From positions 3,232,001 to 3,296,000 of the forward strand of contig CBDIID010000003.1 of assembly GCA_965279515.1 (NCBI GenBank): a stretch of DNA of 64,000 nucleotides, given 5' to 3'. Under the pieces are notes generated by a model that saw only the letters and a program-made list of their open reading frames with translations, was not told the DNA's origin and did no database searches. Position 1 is the stretch's first letter; each line of letters starts with the position of its first letter. Shown piece by piece: positions 47,856 through 56,745 of the stretch. A program made the position numbers and the translations under genes. The stretch comes from Turneriella sp. (GTDB lineage Bacteria; Spirochaetota; Leptospiria; Turneriellales; Turneriellaceae).

Positions 47856-47880
47856 TACGCCTGTTTGGGGCCAAGGTTAC
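47856..47880 (-). promoter_or_regulatory. ECF-type promoter candidate (autoregulatory)
   Basis: The minus strand reads GTAAC-N16-CGTA, ending 15 bp upstream of the sigma ATG. This resembles SigW/SigX-type consensus. Confidence 0.6.
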
Positions 47881-48139
47881 GCACCGCGTCAAAAATATAT
47901 AGGGCCGACGATGACAAGCTGTTTGTCAGAAAGCGGATGTCATGAATTACGATAACGGCGTCGCTTCGTAGGCCGTTGCGGTTGTTGCGCTCGCAGTAAC
48001 CGGTGGAGGTTATATGGCCGGCGGACGGCTGGCACAGGCAAAGTTTACAAATAAATAATCCGTGAGAGATGAATAACGTGTCATGGGTTAATCCTGCTTA
48101 AAATAATTCACCCCGTATGTCTGCCCGGCAGATATACCC

Positions 48140-50500
48140 ATGAAGCCGATGATGACGCGCATGAGCCTTGTTCTGATCGCTGGTTTTGCCGTATTTCAGG
48201 CCGGTGCCCAGACCGGTATTCCCGTGACGCCGGACAACCAGGCGCAGATTCTGAACCTCAATAACATCAATACCCCGTACAATGAGTACACGCCTTTCAT
48301 CACCGCTGACGAGCACTTCCTGTTCTTCCAGTCCAATCGCCCCGACGGCGTCGAGGGCGCAGGCGATTTTGACCTCTGGTTTGCTGAAAACGAAGTCAGC
48401 GAGGGAACTCCTAAATTTAAACCCCCGGTGAATGTCGGCTTGCCGGTTAACTCGTCTGTTTTCGACGGGCATCCGACGCTCCGGAAATTACCTACCGGTG
48501 AGTACGAAATGTATTTCTGCTCTTTTGCCCTCGAAGGCCGCGAAGGCCCGGAGCTGACAAATATCTATTATACAGTCATGAAGAACGGTAAGTGGACTTC
48601 CCCTGTGCCCGTGACTGAAGTCAATACGGATTTCCATGATCGTATGCCGTCGATTTCACAAGACGGGCATTATCTGTTCTTTAGCTCAGATCGTCCCGGC
48701 GGTTTTGGCCGCGACGACATCTGGGTTTCGGAATATGATTTTGCCGCGAAGCGTTGGGGTAAACCCACGAATGCCGGCCGCACGATCAACACACCCGCCT
48801 CAGAAATGACGCCTGCGCTGCACTCCGATAATATTACCCTTTATTTTTCATCAGACCGCGCCGGCGGTGTCGGTGGTTACGATATCTATGTGACGCAGAT
48901 GCTGCAGGGCATGCCGCAATCGGCGATGACAGGCGGCGATGCAGAGTCGATGTGGAAAAAACCACAGAACCTCGGCAAGCCCTACAACTCGACATTTGAT
49001 GATGAATACCCAACGGTTATCCGCAGTGGCGGCTATATGTATTTTGCGTCGAACCGCGAAGGCGGCCAGGGCAGTTTTGATGTCTACCGCGGCAAGGTGC
49101 CCGACTTCGCAAAACCCGAGGTCGTTGTTACCCTCAAAGGCCGCGTCAAAGAGAAATTCAGCGAGAAGGGCATTGAGGCGAACATCCGCATTACCGACGC
49201 CGACGGTGAGCGCAATTTTTCGACGCATCAGCCCGAGGGGCTCTATAGCGCGAACCTCATCAACAAAAAGCAGTATAAGATGGTGGTGACGGCGCCGGGT
49301 TATGCGCCGATCGAATATATCGCCGACCTGCGCGATGTGCATACACCGATCACGATCCAAAAAGATTTCGAGATGGAACGCACGCTGGCTTTCCCGAAAG
49401 AACTGACAGTCAACATCACATTCGTGAACGAGAAGGGTACGGTACTGAAACCTAATGCTACCTACCGGCTGAGCCCTGAGATCAAAGACGATACAATTTT
49501 ACCGTTTAAGAAAAATGCCGGCGTCATCAAGATTCCGTTGATGTCGAAATACAAAAAGCCTGAAGATGCACTCGCGGCGCTCGAACAGATGCAGCTCGCT
49601 GTTGCCGCTAAAAAACAGGGCTACGAAGATCTCGCCGAAACGCGTGGTATTACCGATCTGATGCGCGGCAATGCCGGCGATGTCAAGGACGTGGTCGAGC
49701 TGAAGCTGACGATGAAGGCAGCGGGGTCAACCCCGACACCGGTGGATATCGTGGATTGTAAGGCCGGCAATGGTTGCGTGGCGATCGCATATTTCTCGAC
49801 CAATGTCTCGAGCAAGCTCAACAATGAAAAAGCCGTCGGCCTGAAAAAAGTTGTGGAGTTGTGGAACAAAGAGCCGCATAAATATGTCTATGTCTACGGC
49901 CATACAGACAGCCGCGGTACACCGGGCTATAACCTGAAGCTGGCGCGTTCGCGCGCGGCATTCGTGAAACGCCGCCTGATACAGTATGGCATCCCCGCCG
50001 AGATGGTGATCGCTAAATCTTTCGGCGAAACCAAGCCTGCAAGTAAAGATGAAAGTACGGCAGAAGGCCGGCGCCTGAACCGGCGTGCTGAAATCTATTT
50101 CGATACGACCAAGCGCCCCGGCGACGAAGTGATCGAAGAAAAAGCGGCACCGGAGGACAAACCAGCGCCGAAGAAAAAGAAACCGGCGAAGAAAAAGCCC
50201 GCTAAACCGGCAAAACCACTTCCACCCGAAGAGGTCGAGCCATCGGCTAAAGAAAATGGCGATGATAAGATTGTGCCTGGCGCCGAAGGGCTTCCTAAAC
50301 CGAAGCCAGACGCGGCGAAACCAGTGGAAAAACCGACGGTAGAACCAAAGCCTACTGAGAAACCCGCCGAAAAACCTACAGGCGAAAAAAAGCCTGCGGA
50401 AAAACCCGGTACCGTCGAAGAACAACCTTTCGACAAACCTGTGGAAAAGCCGGGTGCGCCCGCTGTAGCTCCGCCGAATACCGAAATCAAAGTCCAATAA
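48140..50500 (+). CDS. OmpA-family protein with PD40 beta-propeller repeats and a Pro/Lys/Glu-rich tail
   Basis: Repeated P....DG..LFFSS.R.GG.G..DI[WY] blades; OmpA_C motif YGHTDSRG...NLKL...RA...NRRAE; EKP-repeat tail. Confidence 0.9.
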   Translation: MKPMMTRMSLVLIAGFAVFQAGAQTGIPVTPDNQAQILNLNNINTPYNEYTPFITADEHFLFFQSNRPDGVEGAGDFDLWFAENEVSEGTPKFKPPVNVGLPVNSSVFDGHPTLRKLPTGEYEMYFCSFALEGREGPELTNIYYTVMKNGKWTSPVPVTEVNTDFHDRMPSISQDGHYLFFSSDRPGGFGRDDIWVSEYDFAAKRWGKPTNAGRTINTPASEMTPALHSDNITLYFSSDRAGGVGGYDIYVTQMLQGMPQSAMTGGDAESMWKKPQNLGKPYNSTFDDEYPTVIRSGGYMYFASNREGGQGSFDVYRGKVPDFAKPEVVVTLKGRVKEKFSEKGIEANIRITDADGERNFSTHQPEGLYSANLINKKQYKMVVTAPGYAPIEYIADLRDVHTPITIQKDFEMERTLAFPKELTVNITFVNEKGTVLKPNATYRLSPEIKDDTILPFKKNAGVIKIPLMSKYKKPEDALAALEQMQLAVAAKKQGYEDLAETRGITDLMRGNAGDVKDVVELKLTMKAAGSTPTPVDIVDCKAGNGCVAIAYFSTNVSSKLNNEKAVGLKKVVELWNKEPHKYVYVYGHTDSRGTPGYNLKLARSRAAFVKRRLIQYGIPAEMVIAKSFGETKPASKDESTAEGRRLNRRAEIYFDTTKRPGDEVIEEKAAPEDKPAPKKKKPAKKKPAKPAKPLPPEEVEPSAKENGDDKIVPGAEGLPKPKPDAAKPVEKPTVEPKPTEKPAEKPTGEKKPAEKPGTVEEQPFDKPVEKPGAPAVAPPNTEIKVQ

Positions 50501-50501
50501 C

Positions 50502-50915
50502 ATGGCTGATGTTGTGCAGAACGTCACCAGCGAAGATTTTTCGCTGGTGACACAGCACATGGTGATGTCGGAGCATTTGAATCCCAACCACCATATTTTC
50601 GGCGGCCAGCTTCTAGCCTGGCTCGACACCGATGTCTATCTGCATTGCACGAACAAGCTGCGCTATAAATCGATGGTGACCGTGAGCATGAATAATGTCT
50701 ATTTCAAGGCGCCTGGTTATCTCGGTGATATCATCCAGATCTTTGCACGCATCAAGGATGTACGCCGCAGCAGTGTAACGGCAGAAGGCAAGGCCGTGGC
50801 CTATGATCCCGAGAAGCAGACTTCACGCGAGATCATCGCCTGCGAAGTGACGTATGTGGCGGTCGGCCCGAATGGCCGGCCGGTACGGATTTTTGATAAG
50901 GCGAACCCGGGCTGA
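50502..50915 (+). CDS. Acyl-CoA thioesterase (hotdog fold)
   Basis: HLNP...IFGGQLLAWLD, VYFKAP..LGD and TYVAV...GRP. Confidence 0.9.
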   Translation: MADVVQNVTSEDFSLVTQHMVMSEHLNPNHHIFGGQLLAWLDTDVYLHCTNKLRYKSMVTVSMNNVYFKAPGYLGDIIQIFARIKDVRRSSVTAEGKAVAYDPEKQTSREIIACEVTYVAVGPNGRPVRIFDKANPG

Positions 50916-50933
50916 TTACCCGAAAGGATTTTC

Positions 50934-52313
50934 ATGATGTTATTAAACTTGCGAACATTTTTATTGCCGGGGGCACTGTGCCTGGGCCTTTCATCGGCCG
51001 GTTGCGTATTCGGTAAGAAAAAACTTAATGCCGAAGTCATTGTCATCGGCGCGGGGATGTCAGGCATTGCGGCAGCCAGCGAACTCAAAAAAAACGGCAT
51101 CGACGTTTTGGTGCTGGAAGCGCGCAACCGCATCGGCGGCAGAATTTACAGCGACCGCTCGGCGAATAATGTACCGTTCGAAATCGGCGCCGGTTGGATA
51201 GAAGGCATAGATGGTAGTCCGCTGGTGCCACTGGCGAAAAGGCTGGGTGTGCAAATGATTCCAGACGAAGGCGGCGACGAGGTTTACCTGGATAACAACG
51301 GCAAGCGGCTTTCCGATGCCGCCGCGTTTCGCATCCGTAACACGTACGAAAGGTTCACCGCATTTCTGGAAGCGGAACGCGAACTCAAAACGACCGACGG
51401 CGCTTTGGAAGAATCGATAGAAAAATTTGCAAAGCTTGCAGGTCTCGCGGCTGCAGACCGTAGTGCCTTAAACTTTTCCGTGAGCAATGTAATAGAATCT
51501 GACTACCTCGGCGATGCAAAAGAATTGTCGATGCAATATTATGACAGCGACGGCGGCCATGGTGACGACAGTGCGACGATCCGCGAGGGTTATGACGAGA
51601 TGGTAAAGCGTCTCGCCCGCGGCGTCAATGTCATGCTGGGGCAGGCGGTGACGCTTGTGGATACGACAGGCGCAGATGTCGTCGTAGAGACGGCGAGCCA
51701 CAGAATTTCCGGCAAACGGGTACTGGTCACCGTACCCCTCGGCGTCTTGCAGAGTGGTGCGATTGAGTTTAAACCCGGGTTGCCCGAGAAAAAGCGCCAG
51801 GCGATGCAGCGCTTGAAAATGGGGATTCTCCACCGTGCATATTTTCTCTTCGAGCGCCCGTTTTGGGACACAGACGTACATACTTATTTTCACGTCTCCA
51901 ATACCAAAGGCGAGTGGCCGGCATTCGTGAATATGCAGTATTATAACGGCCAGCCGGCATTGCTGGCATTCCATGGCGGCACGGCAGGGGCGCGGTTAGA
52001 CGGGATGAGTGATGCTGAAATTGAAGCCGCGGGAATGCAGGTGCTGAGAAAAATCTTTGGCAGTGCGACTCCCTCGCCGAAGCGGGTCATCGCCTCGCAT
52101 TGGGGCAAGGATATTTGGTCGCGCGGATCCTATTCCTTCATTCCGCTGGGGGCTACCGGCGACGAACATGATGTATTAGCCGAACCTGTCGGGAACAAAC
52201 TCTTTTTCGCGGGTGAGGCTACGACGAAGGAAAATCCTGCGAGTGTGCACGGTGCTTATAAGTCAGGTCTGCGTGAGGCGCGCCGCATTCAACGCGCCGC
52301 AGCAAAACTTTAA
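50934..52313 (+). CDS. Flavin monoamine/polyamine oxidase family protein (lipoprotein-like N-terminus)
   Basis: VIGAGMSG, LEARNRIGGR, GAGWI, TVPLGVL, RGSYS and FFAGEAT...VHGAY.SG.REA. Confidence 0.93.
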   Translation: MMLLNLRTFLLPGALCLGLSSAGCVFGKKKLNAEVIVIGAGMSGIAAASELKKNGIDVLVLEARNRIGGRIYSDRSANNVPFEIGAGWIEGIDGSPLVPLAKRLGVQMIPDEGGDEVYLDNNGKRLSDAAAFRIRNTYERFTAFLEAERELKTTDGALEESIEKFAKLAGLAAADRSALNFSVSNVIESDYLGDAKELSMQYYDSDGGHGDDSATIREGYDEMVKRLARGVNVMLGQAVTLVDTTGADVVVETASHRISGKRVLVTVPLGVLQSGAIEFKPGLPEKKRQAMQRLKMGILHRAYFLFERPFWDTDVHTYFHVSNTKGEWPAFVNMQYYNGQPALLAFHGGTAGARLDGMSDAEIEAAGMQVLRKIFGSATPSPKRVIASHWGKDIWSRGSYSFIPLGATGDEHDVLAEPVGNKLFFAGEATTKENPASVHGAYKSGLREARRIQRAAAKL

Positions 52314-52316
52314 AGC

Positions 52317-53789
52317 CTAGCCCTTTTCTGACAGAACGGCGAGCAGCCCCGGCACGACTTCGCCGGCTTCGAGTTTCTGGTGGATCTTTTCGAGAATGCC
52401 GGCGAGTAAGTGCTTACCGGTCTTCGCAGAACCCAGCCGTCCCAGTAGCGCAGCAAAATCTCCCGTCGAGAGTTCCATGGCGCTGAACGCGTCATGCGAC
52501 ACCATGACAAAGTGGCTGCCCTGTGTCAGGCGGTGTTCTGACACCATCGTATATTCGCTGCCAAACTGTTCGCTGCCGAGGTGAATTTCATGGCAATCAT
52601 TGCCCGTAACTTCGAAAAGGTGGATGCCCCCGGCGCGGTAGATATCCATGCTTTTTTGGGCTTCGTCGAGCCTTGCGAAAAGAATACCCGGCACAACTTC
52701 ACTGTGCGCGAAGAATGCCGTCCAGAGGTTGCGCGCGATTTCATCGGAGGCCAGGTTTTCTTTCGCGAGCACCCAGAAGCGTTCCTGGATACGGTGCTTG
52801 ATGAGTACGGCTTCGACTGTATCTGAATCGGTGATGCCGACCAAAACGTCGACACGACCCTGGTCCTGCGAGCCGCAGATGAATTCTTTGGTGCCCACCT
52901 TCGGCCGACGCGGGTAGACGGCAAATTCATAAGATTGCATGCGGGGGAATGGCTTTTCGAAGAGTTTTGTCTGCATGATTTGCAGTGCCGCGTCGGAGCC
53001 GGAAACACCAGGTACCGCCACCGGGCCAGAGGCAGGCCGGTTGCTGAGCCTGATCTTTTCGTCTACGGCATGCATCAGCGCTTCGACTTCTTCATACTGC
53101 GGTTCGATGCTGTCGACGCGCAATGAATCGACGTCGAGGCCGCGGACAATCTGTGCGAGCGTATGCGCCAGCGAGTGGCCGAAGTGGTAGACAAAGAGCG
53201 TATTGATACCGACAGCAAGCAGACATAACAGAAGAAACGAAGCGGCAAGGGTCAGCATCTTGGGCTTCTGCGCCGTGACCCCTACCATGATCGTATAGGC
53301 GTCCTGAACGAACGCGGTGTATTGCACGCCGTCGAATATGTAGAGCGGCGCCGCCGAACGTTTTCTCAGGTGGCTAAGTGTATCTTCCAGAATCTTGTGC
53401 TGCAGTTCGACGTCGCGCAGACGCAGCTTCGGATCGGTCGTGTAGCGGCTAAGGCCAGTGGAAATTTTCTCTTCGCTGTGGTCGATCAGGCGTTTTTTGG
53501 CGTCGAAAACCCCGATCGCGTCGCTAAATCCGGCGTCTTGCAGGCGGCGCATGAAGGTGGTCGAGTTGATCGTGTCTTTGCTGTTCGCCACCGCGCGCAC
53601 GATGACTTCGGCCGCTTTGGCTTTCTGTTCGAGCTGCTGGTTTGCGAGCCGTGAAAACAGAGAAACGGAAAGAACGAAATAAATTGCCGAAAAGATGACT
53701 CCCACCGATAGCATGATGAGGCCCAGGGTTAAAGTAAGCTTCATGGCCAGCGCAGGGCGCGCTTTGCCGGGGACCGCGGAAAAAGACAT
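52317..53789 (-). CDS. Two-TM membrane protein with a periplasmic domain and a possibly degenerate SpoIIE/PP2C-like C-terminus
   Basis: Two hydrophobic segments. The cytoplasmic region order resembles SpoIIE, but the catalytic Asp motifs are not evident. Confidence 0.5.
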   Translation of the reverse strand: MSFSAVPGKARPALAMKLTLTLGLIMLSVGVIFSAIYFVLSVSLFSRLANQQLEQKAKAAEVIVRAVANSKDTINSTTFMRRLQDAGFSDAIGVFDAKKRLIDHSEEKISTGLSRYTTDPKLRLRDVELQHKILEDTLSHLRKRSAAPLYIFDGVQYTAFVQDAYTIMVGVTAQKPKMLTLAASFLLLCLLAVGINTLFVYHFGHSLAHTLAQIVRGLDVDSLRVDSIEPQYEEVEALMHAVDEKIRLSNRPASGPVAVPGVSGSDAALQIMQTKLFEKPFPRMQSYEFAVYPRRPKVGTKEFICGSQDQGRVDVLVGITDSDTVEAVLIKHRIQERFWVLAKENLASDEIARNLWTAFFAHSEVVPGILFARLDEAQKSMDIYRAGGIHLFEVTGNDCHEIHLGSEQFGSEYTMVSEHRLTQGSHFVMVSHDAFSAMELSTGDFAALLGRLGSAKTGKHLLAGILEKIHQKLEAGEVVPGLLAVLSEKG

Positions 53790-54043
53790 ATGTTATTATA
53801 GCATCGGCAGACGGGGCGTCAAATTTGAACGAGAGCTGCGCGGCAGACCGCAAAACGCGAAAATTTGGGAAAAGTTTCGTGATTTTTGTACCAAAAATCA
53901 CTCCATGAACGGGCAAATGCCCGCTTTTCCCGAATTTTTTCGTTTTGCATTTCCGTTCTGAAAATTTATCAGCGGTCTGCCGCGCAGCTCAATCGATGTT
54001 CCGGATTATCTTTACACGAGGTCAAAATCTCCGGCGCTGAGTA

Positions 54044-56743
54044 ATGGCCCAAAAGTATGTCTATTTCTTCTCGGCTAAACGCACCGAGGGGGGCGCAGGG
54101 GACAAAAAGCTCCTCGGCGGCAAGGGGGCGAACCTCGCCGAGATGACCACGCTCGGCATTCCGGTGCCCCCCGGCTTCACAATTTCAACGGAAGTCTGTA
54201 CCCACTATTATGCTCACAATAACAGCTATCCATCCGAACTGCAGGGGCAGATCGACGCCGGTATCGCCGAGCTCGAAGCTGGCATTGGCAAGAAATTCGG
54301 CGATAAAAAGAACCCTCTTCTAGTCTCCGTGCGCTCCGGCGCCCCGGTATCGATGCCTGGTATGATGGATACCATCCTTAACCTCGGCCTCAACGACGAA
54401 ACGGTCGCCGGCCTCATCGAGGGCTCAGGGAATAAGCGCTTCGGTTATGACAGTTACCGCCGTTTTATCCAGATGTATGGCAATGTCGTCATGGGCATGA
54501 AGCACCACGATTTTGAACATATTCTCGAAGGCATCAAAAAGGCAAAGGGTGTGACAGAAGATCTCGCCCTCGACGCCGAAGATCTGCAAAAACTCATCAC
54601 CGAGTATAAGGCCGCGGTGAAGGCCAAGACCGGTAAGGATTTCCCCCAGTCGCCGAAAGAACAACTCCTCGGCGCCATCGACGCCGTGTTCGCGTCGTGG
54701 ATGAATGACCGCGCCATCACCTACCGCAAGCTCAATAATATCTCTGAGGCGCTCGGCACGGCTGTGAATGTGCAATCGATGGTCTTCGGCAATATGGGCG
54801 ACGACTGCGGGACCGGCGTCGCCTTCACGCGCAACCCCGCGAACGGCGAACGCAAGTTCTACGGGGAGTTCCTCATGAACGCGCAGGGCGAAGACGTGGT
54901 TGCGGGCATACGCACACCGCTCTCGATCGAGAAACTGATGGAAATCATGCCCGATGCGATGAAAGAACTTTTGTCTTACGCCGACAAACTCGAGCACCAC
55001 TACAAAGACATGCAGGATATCGAGTTCACCATCGAACGCTCGAAACTCTATATGCTGCAGACACGTTCGGGCAAGCGCACCGCGTTCGCCGCGATACGCA
55101 CGGCGGTCGAGATGGTCGATGAAAAACTCATCGACGAAAAGGCTGCACTAAAACGTATCGACGCGAGCACGCTGCCCTCGCTGCTCGCGAAAATTTTCGA
55201 CGAGAAAGAGAAAAAAGAAGTTCTTGCCAAAGGTCTTGTGGTCGCTTCGGGACTACCCGCAGGCCCCGGCGCTGCGAGCGGCAAGATCGTGCTCACCGCA
55301 GAAAAAGCAGTCGAGTGGGCCGCGCAGGGTGTGAAGTCCATTCTGGTGCGCGTCGAAACATCGCCCGAAGATATTTCGGGGATGCACAGCTCTGAAGGCA
55401 TTTTGACCGCCCGCGGCGGTATGACCTCGCATGCGGCCGTGGTTGCGCGCGGCATGAACAAACCCTGCATCGTCGGTTGTAGCGCGCTCGAAGTCGACTA
55501 CAAGACCGGCACCGTCGAGTTTAACTCCGGCACGCCGAAAGCGGCTAAGTTCAAAGAGGGCGATCCGATTTCGATCGACGGTTTTACCGGGCAGGTTTTG
55601 AATGCCGCGCTGAAGACGATCCCCAGCGAACTCGAGCAGGTCTTTGTCACAAAGACGATGCCGGTCGAAAAATCACTACTCGCCCAGCAATACGGCCGCA
55701 TCATGGAATGGTCTGATAAGCTCAGCCGGCTCAAGGTGCGCACCAATGCCGATACCCCGCAGGATGCCGCTGTCGCGCGCAGCTATGGCGCGCAGGGCAT
55801 CGGTCTCTGCCGTACCGAGCATATGTTCTTCCATGAAGACCGCATCGCCGCGATGCGCGAGATGATTTTGTCGTCGACCGTCGAAGAGCGCGAAAAGGCG
55901 CTGACCAAACTCTTGCCTTACCAGCGCGATGACTTCAAGGGTATTTTCTCCGCCATGGAAGGTCTGCCGGTGACCGTTCGTCTGCTTGATCCCCCGCTCC
56001 ACGAATTCTTACCGCATGAAGAAGAGCAGATCGCCGAGCTGGCGAAAGCTTTCGGCAAGACGATCCAGTACGTGCACAAGAAGATCGACGACCTCAAAGA
56101 ATTTAACCCCATGCTCGGTCACCGCGGCTGCCGGTTGGGAGTCACCTACCCGGAAATTACGGCGATGCAGACGCGTGCTATTATCGAAGCAGCTGCAGAG
56201 CTCATCAAAGAAGGAAAAAAGGTATTCCCTGAAATCATGGTGCCTTTGGTCGGCCACTACAAAGAACTCGCCAACCAGGCAAAGGTTATCCGCGATACAG
56301 CCGACGCCGTGCAGAAAGAGAAGGGCGTCACCGTCGCCTACAGTATTGGAACCATGATTGAAGTGCCGCGTGCGGCGGTCACGGCCGACGAGATCGCGCA
56401 GCATGCCGAATTCTTCAGCTTCGGCACGAACGACCTGACGCAGATGACGTCGGGCTTCTCGCGCGACGACTCAGAGCACTACCTGCCGTATTATATCCAG
56501 AAGGGTATCTATCCGCAGAACCCGTTCCAGGTATTAGACTGGGAAGGCGTCGGTAAACTCATTGAAATCGCGATTGAGAAGGGCCGCAAAACCCAGCCCA
56601 AGATTAAACTCGGCGTCTGCGGTGAGCACGGGGGAGATCCCGATTCTATCAAGTACTGCCACCGCGTAGGCCTGGATTACGTGTCTTGCTCACCCTACCG
56701 CGTGCCGATTGCCCGGCTCGCGGCGGCGCAGGCGACTCTTTAA
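54044..56743 (+). CDS. ppdK: Pyruvate, phosphate dikinase
   Basis: LLGGKGANLAEM, LVSVRSGA..SMPGMMDT, GGMTSHAAVVAR, GIGLCRTEHMF, FSFGTNDLTQ and CGEHGG. Confidence 0.98.
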   Translation: MAQKYVYFFSAKRTEGGAGDKKLLGGKGANLAEMTTLGIPVPPGFTISTEVCTHYYAHNNSYPSELQGQIDAGIAELEAGIGKKFGDKKNPLLVSVRSGAPVSMPGMMDTILNLGLNDETVAGLIEGSGNKRFGYDSYRRFIQMYGNVVMGMKHHDFEHILEGIKKAKGVTEDLALDAEDLQKLITEYKAAVKAKTGKDFPQSPKEQLLGAIDAVFASWMNDRAITYRKLNNISEALGTAVNVQSMVFGNMGDDCGTGVAFTRNPANGERKFYGEFLMNAQGEDVVAGIRTPLSIEKLMEIMPDAMKELLSYADKLEHHYKDMQDIEFTIERSKLYMLQTRSGKRTAFAAIRTAVEMVDEKLIDEKAALKRIDASTLPSLLAKIFDEKEKKEVLAKGLVVASGLPAGPGAASGKIVLTAEKAVEWAAQGVKSILVRVETSPEDISGMHSSEGILTARGGMTSHAAVVARGMNKPCIVGCSALEVDYKTGTVEFNSGTPKAAKFKEGDPISIDGFTGQVLNAALKTIPSELEQVFVTKTMPVEKSLLAQQYGRIMEWSDKLSRLKVRTNADTPQDAAVARSYGAQGIGLCRTEHMFFHEDRIAAMREMILSSTVEEREKALTKLLPYQRDDFKGIFSAMEGLPVTVRLLDPPLHEFLPHEEEQIAELAKAFGKTIQYVHKKIDDLKEFNPMLGHRGCRLGVTYPEITAMQTRAIIEAAAELIKEGKKVFPEIMVPLVGHYKELANQAKVIRDTADAVQKEKGVTVAYSIGTMIEVPRAAVTADEIAQHAEFFSFGTNDLTQMTSGFSRDDSEHYLPYYIQKGIYPQNPFQVLDWEGVGKLIEIAIEKGRKTQPKIKLGVCGEHGGDPDSIKYCHRVGLDYVSCSPYRVPIARLAAAQATL

Positions 56744-56745
56744 GG

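Noticed and set aside
49727..50629. 300-aa Phe/Arg-rich minus-strand ORF
   Set aside because: Reverse complement of the Lys/Pro/Glu-rich tail of the OmpA protein.
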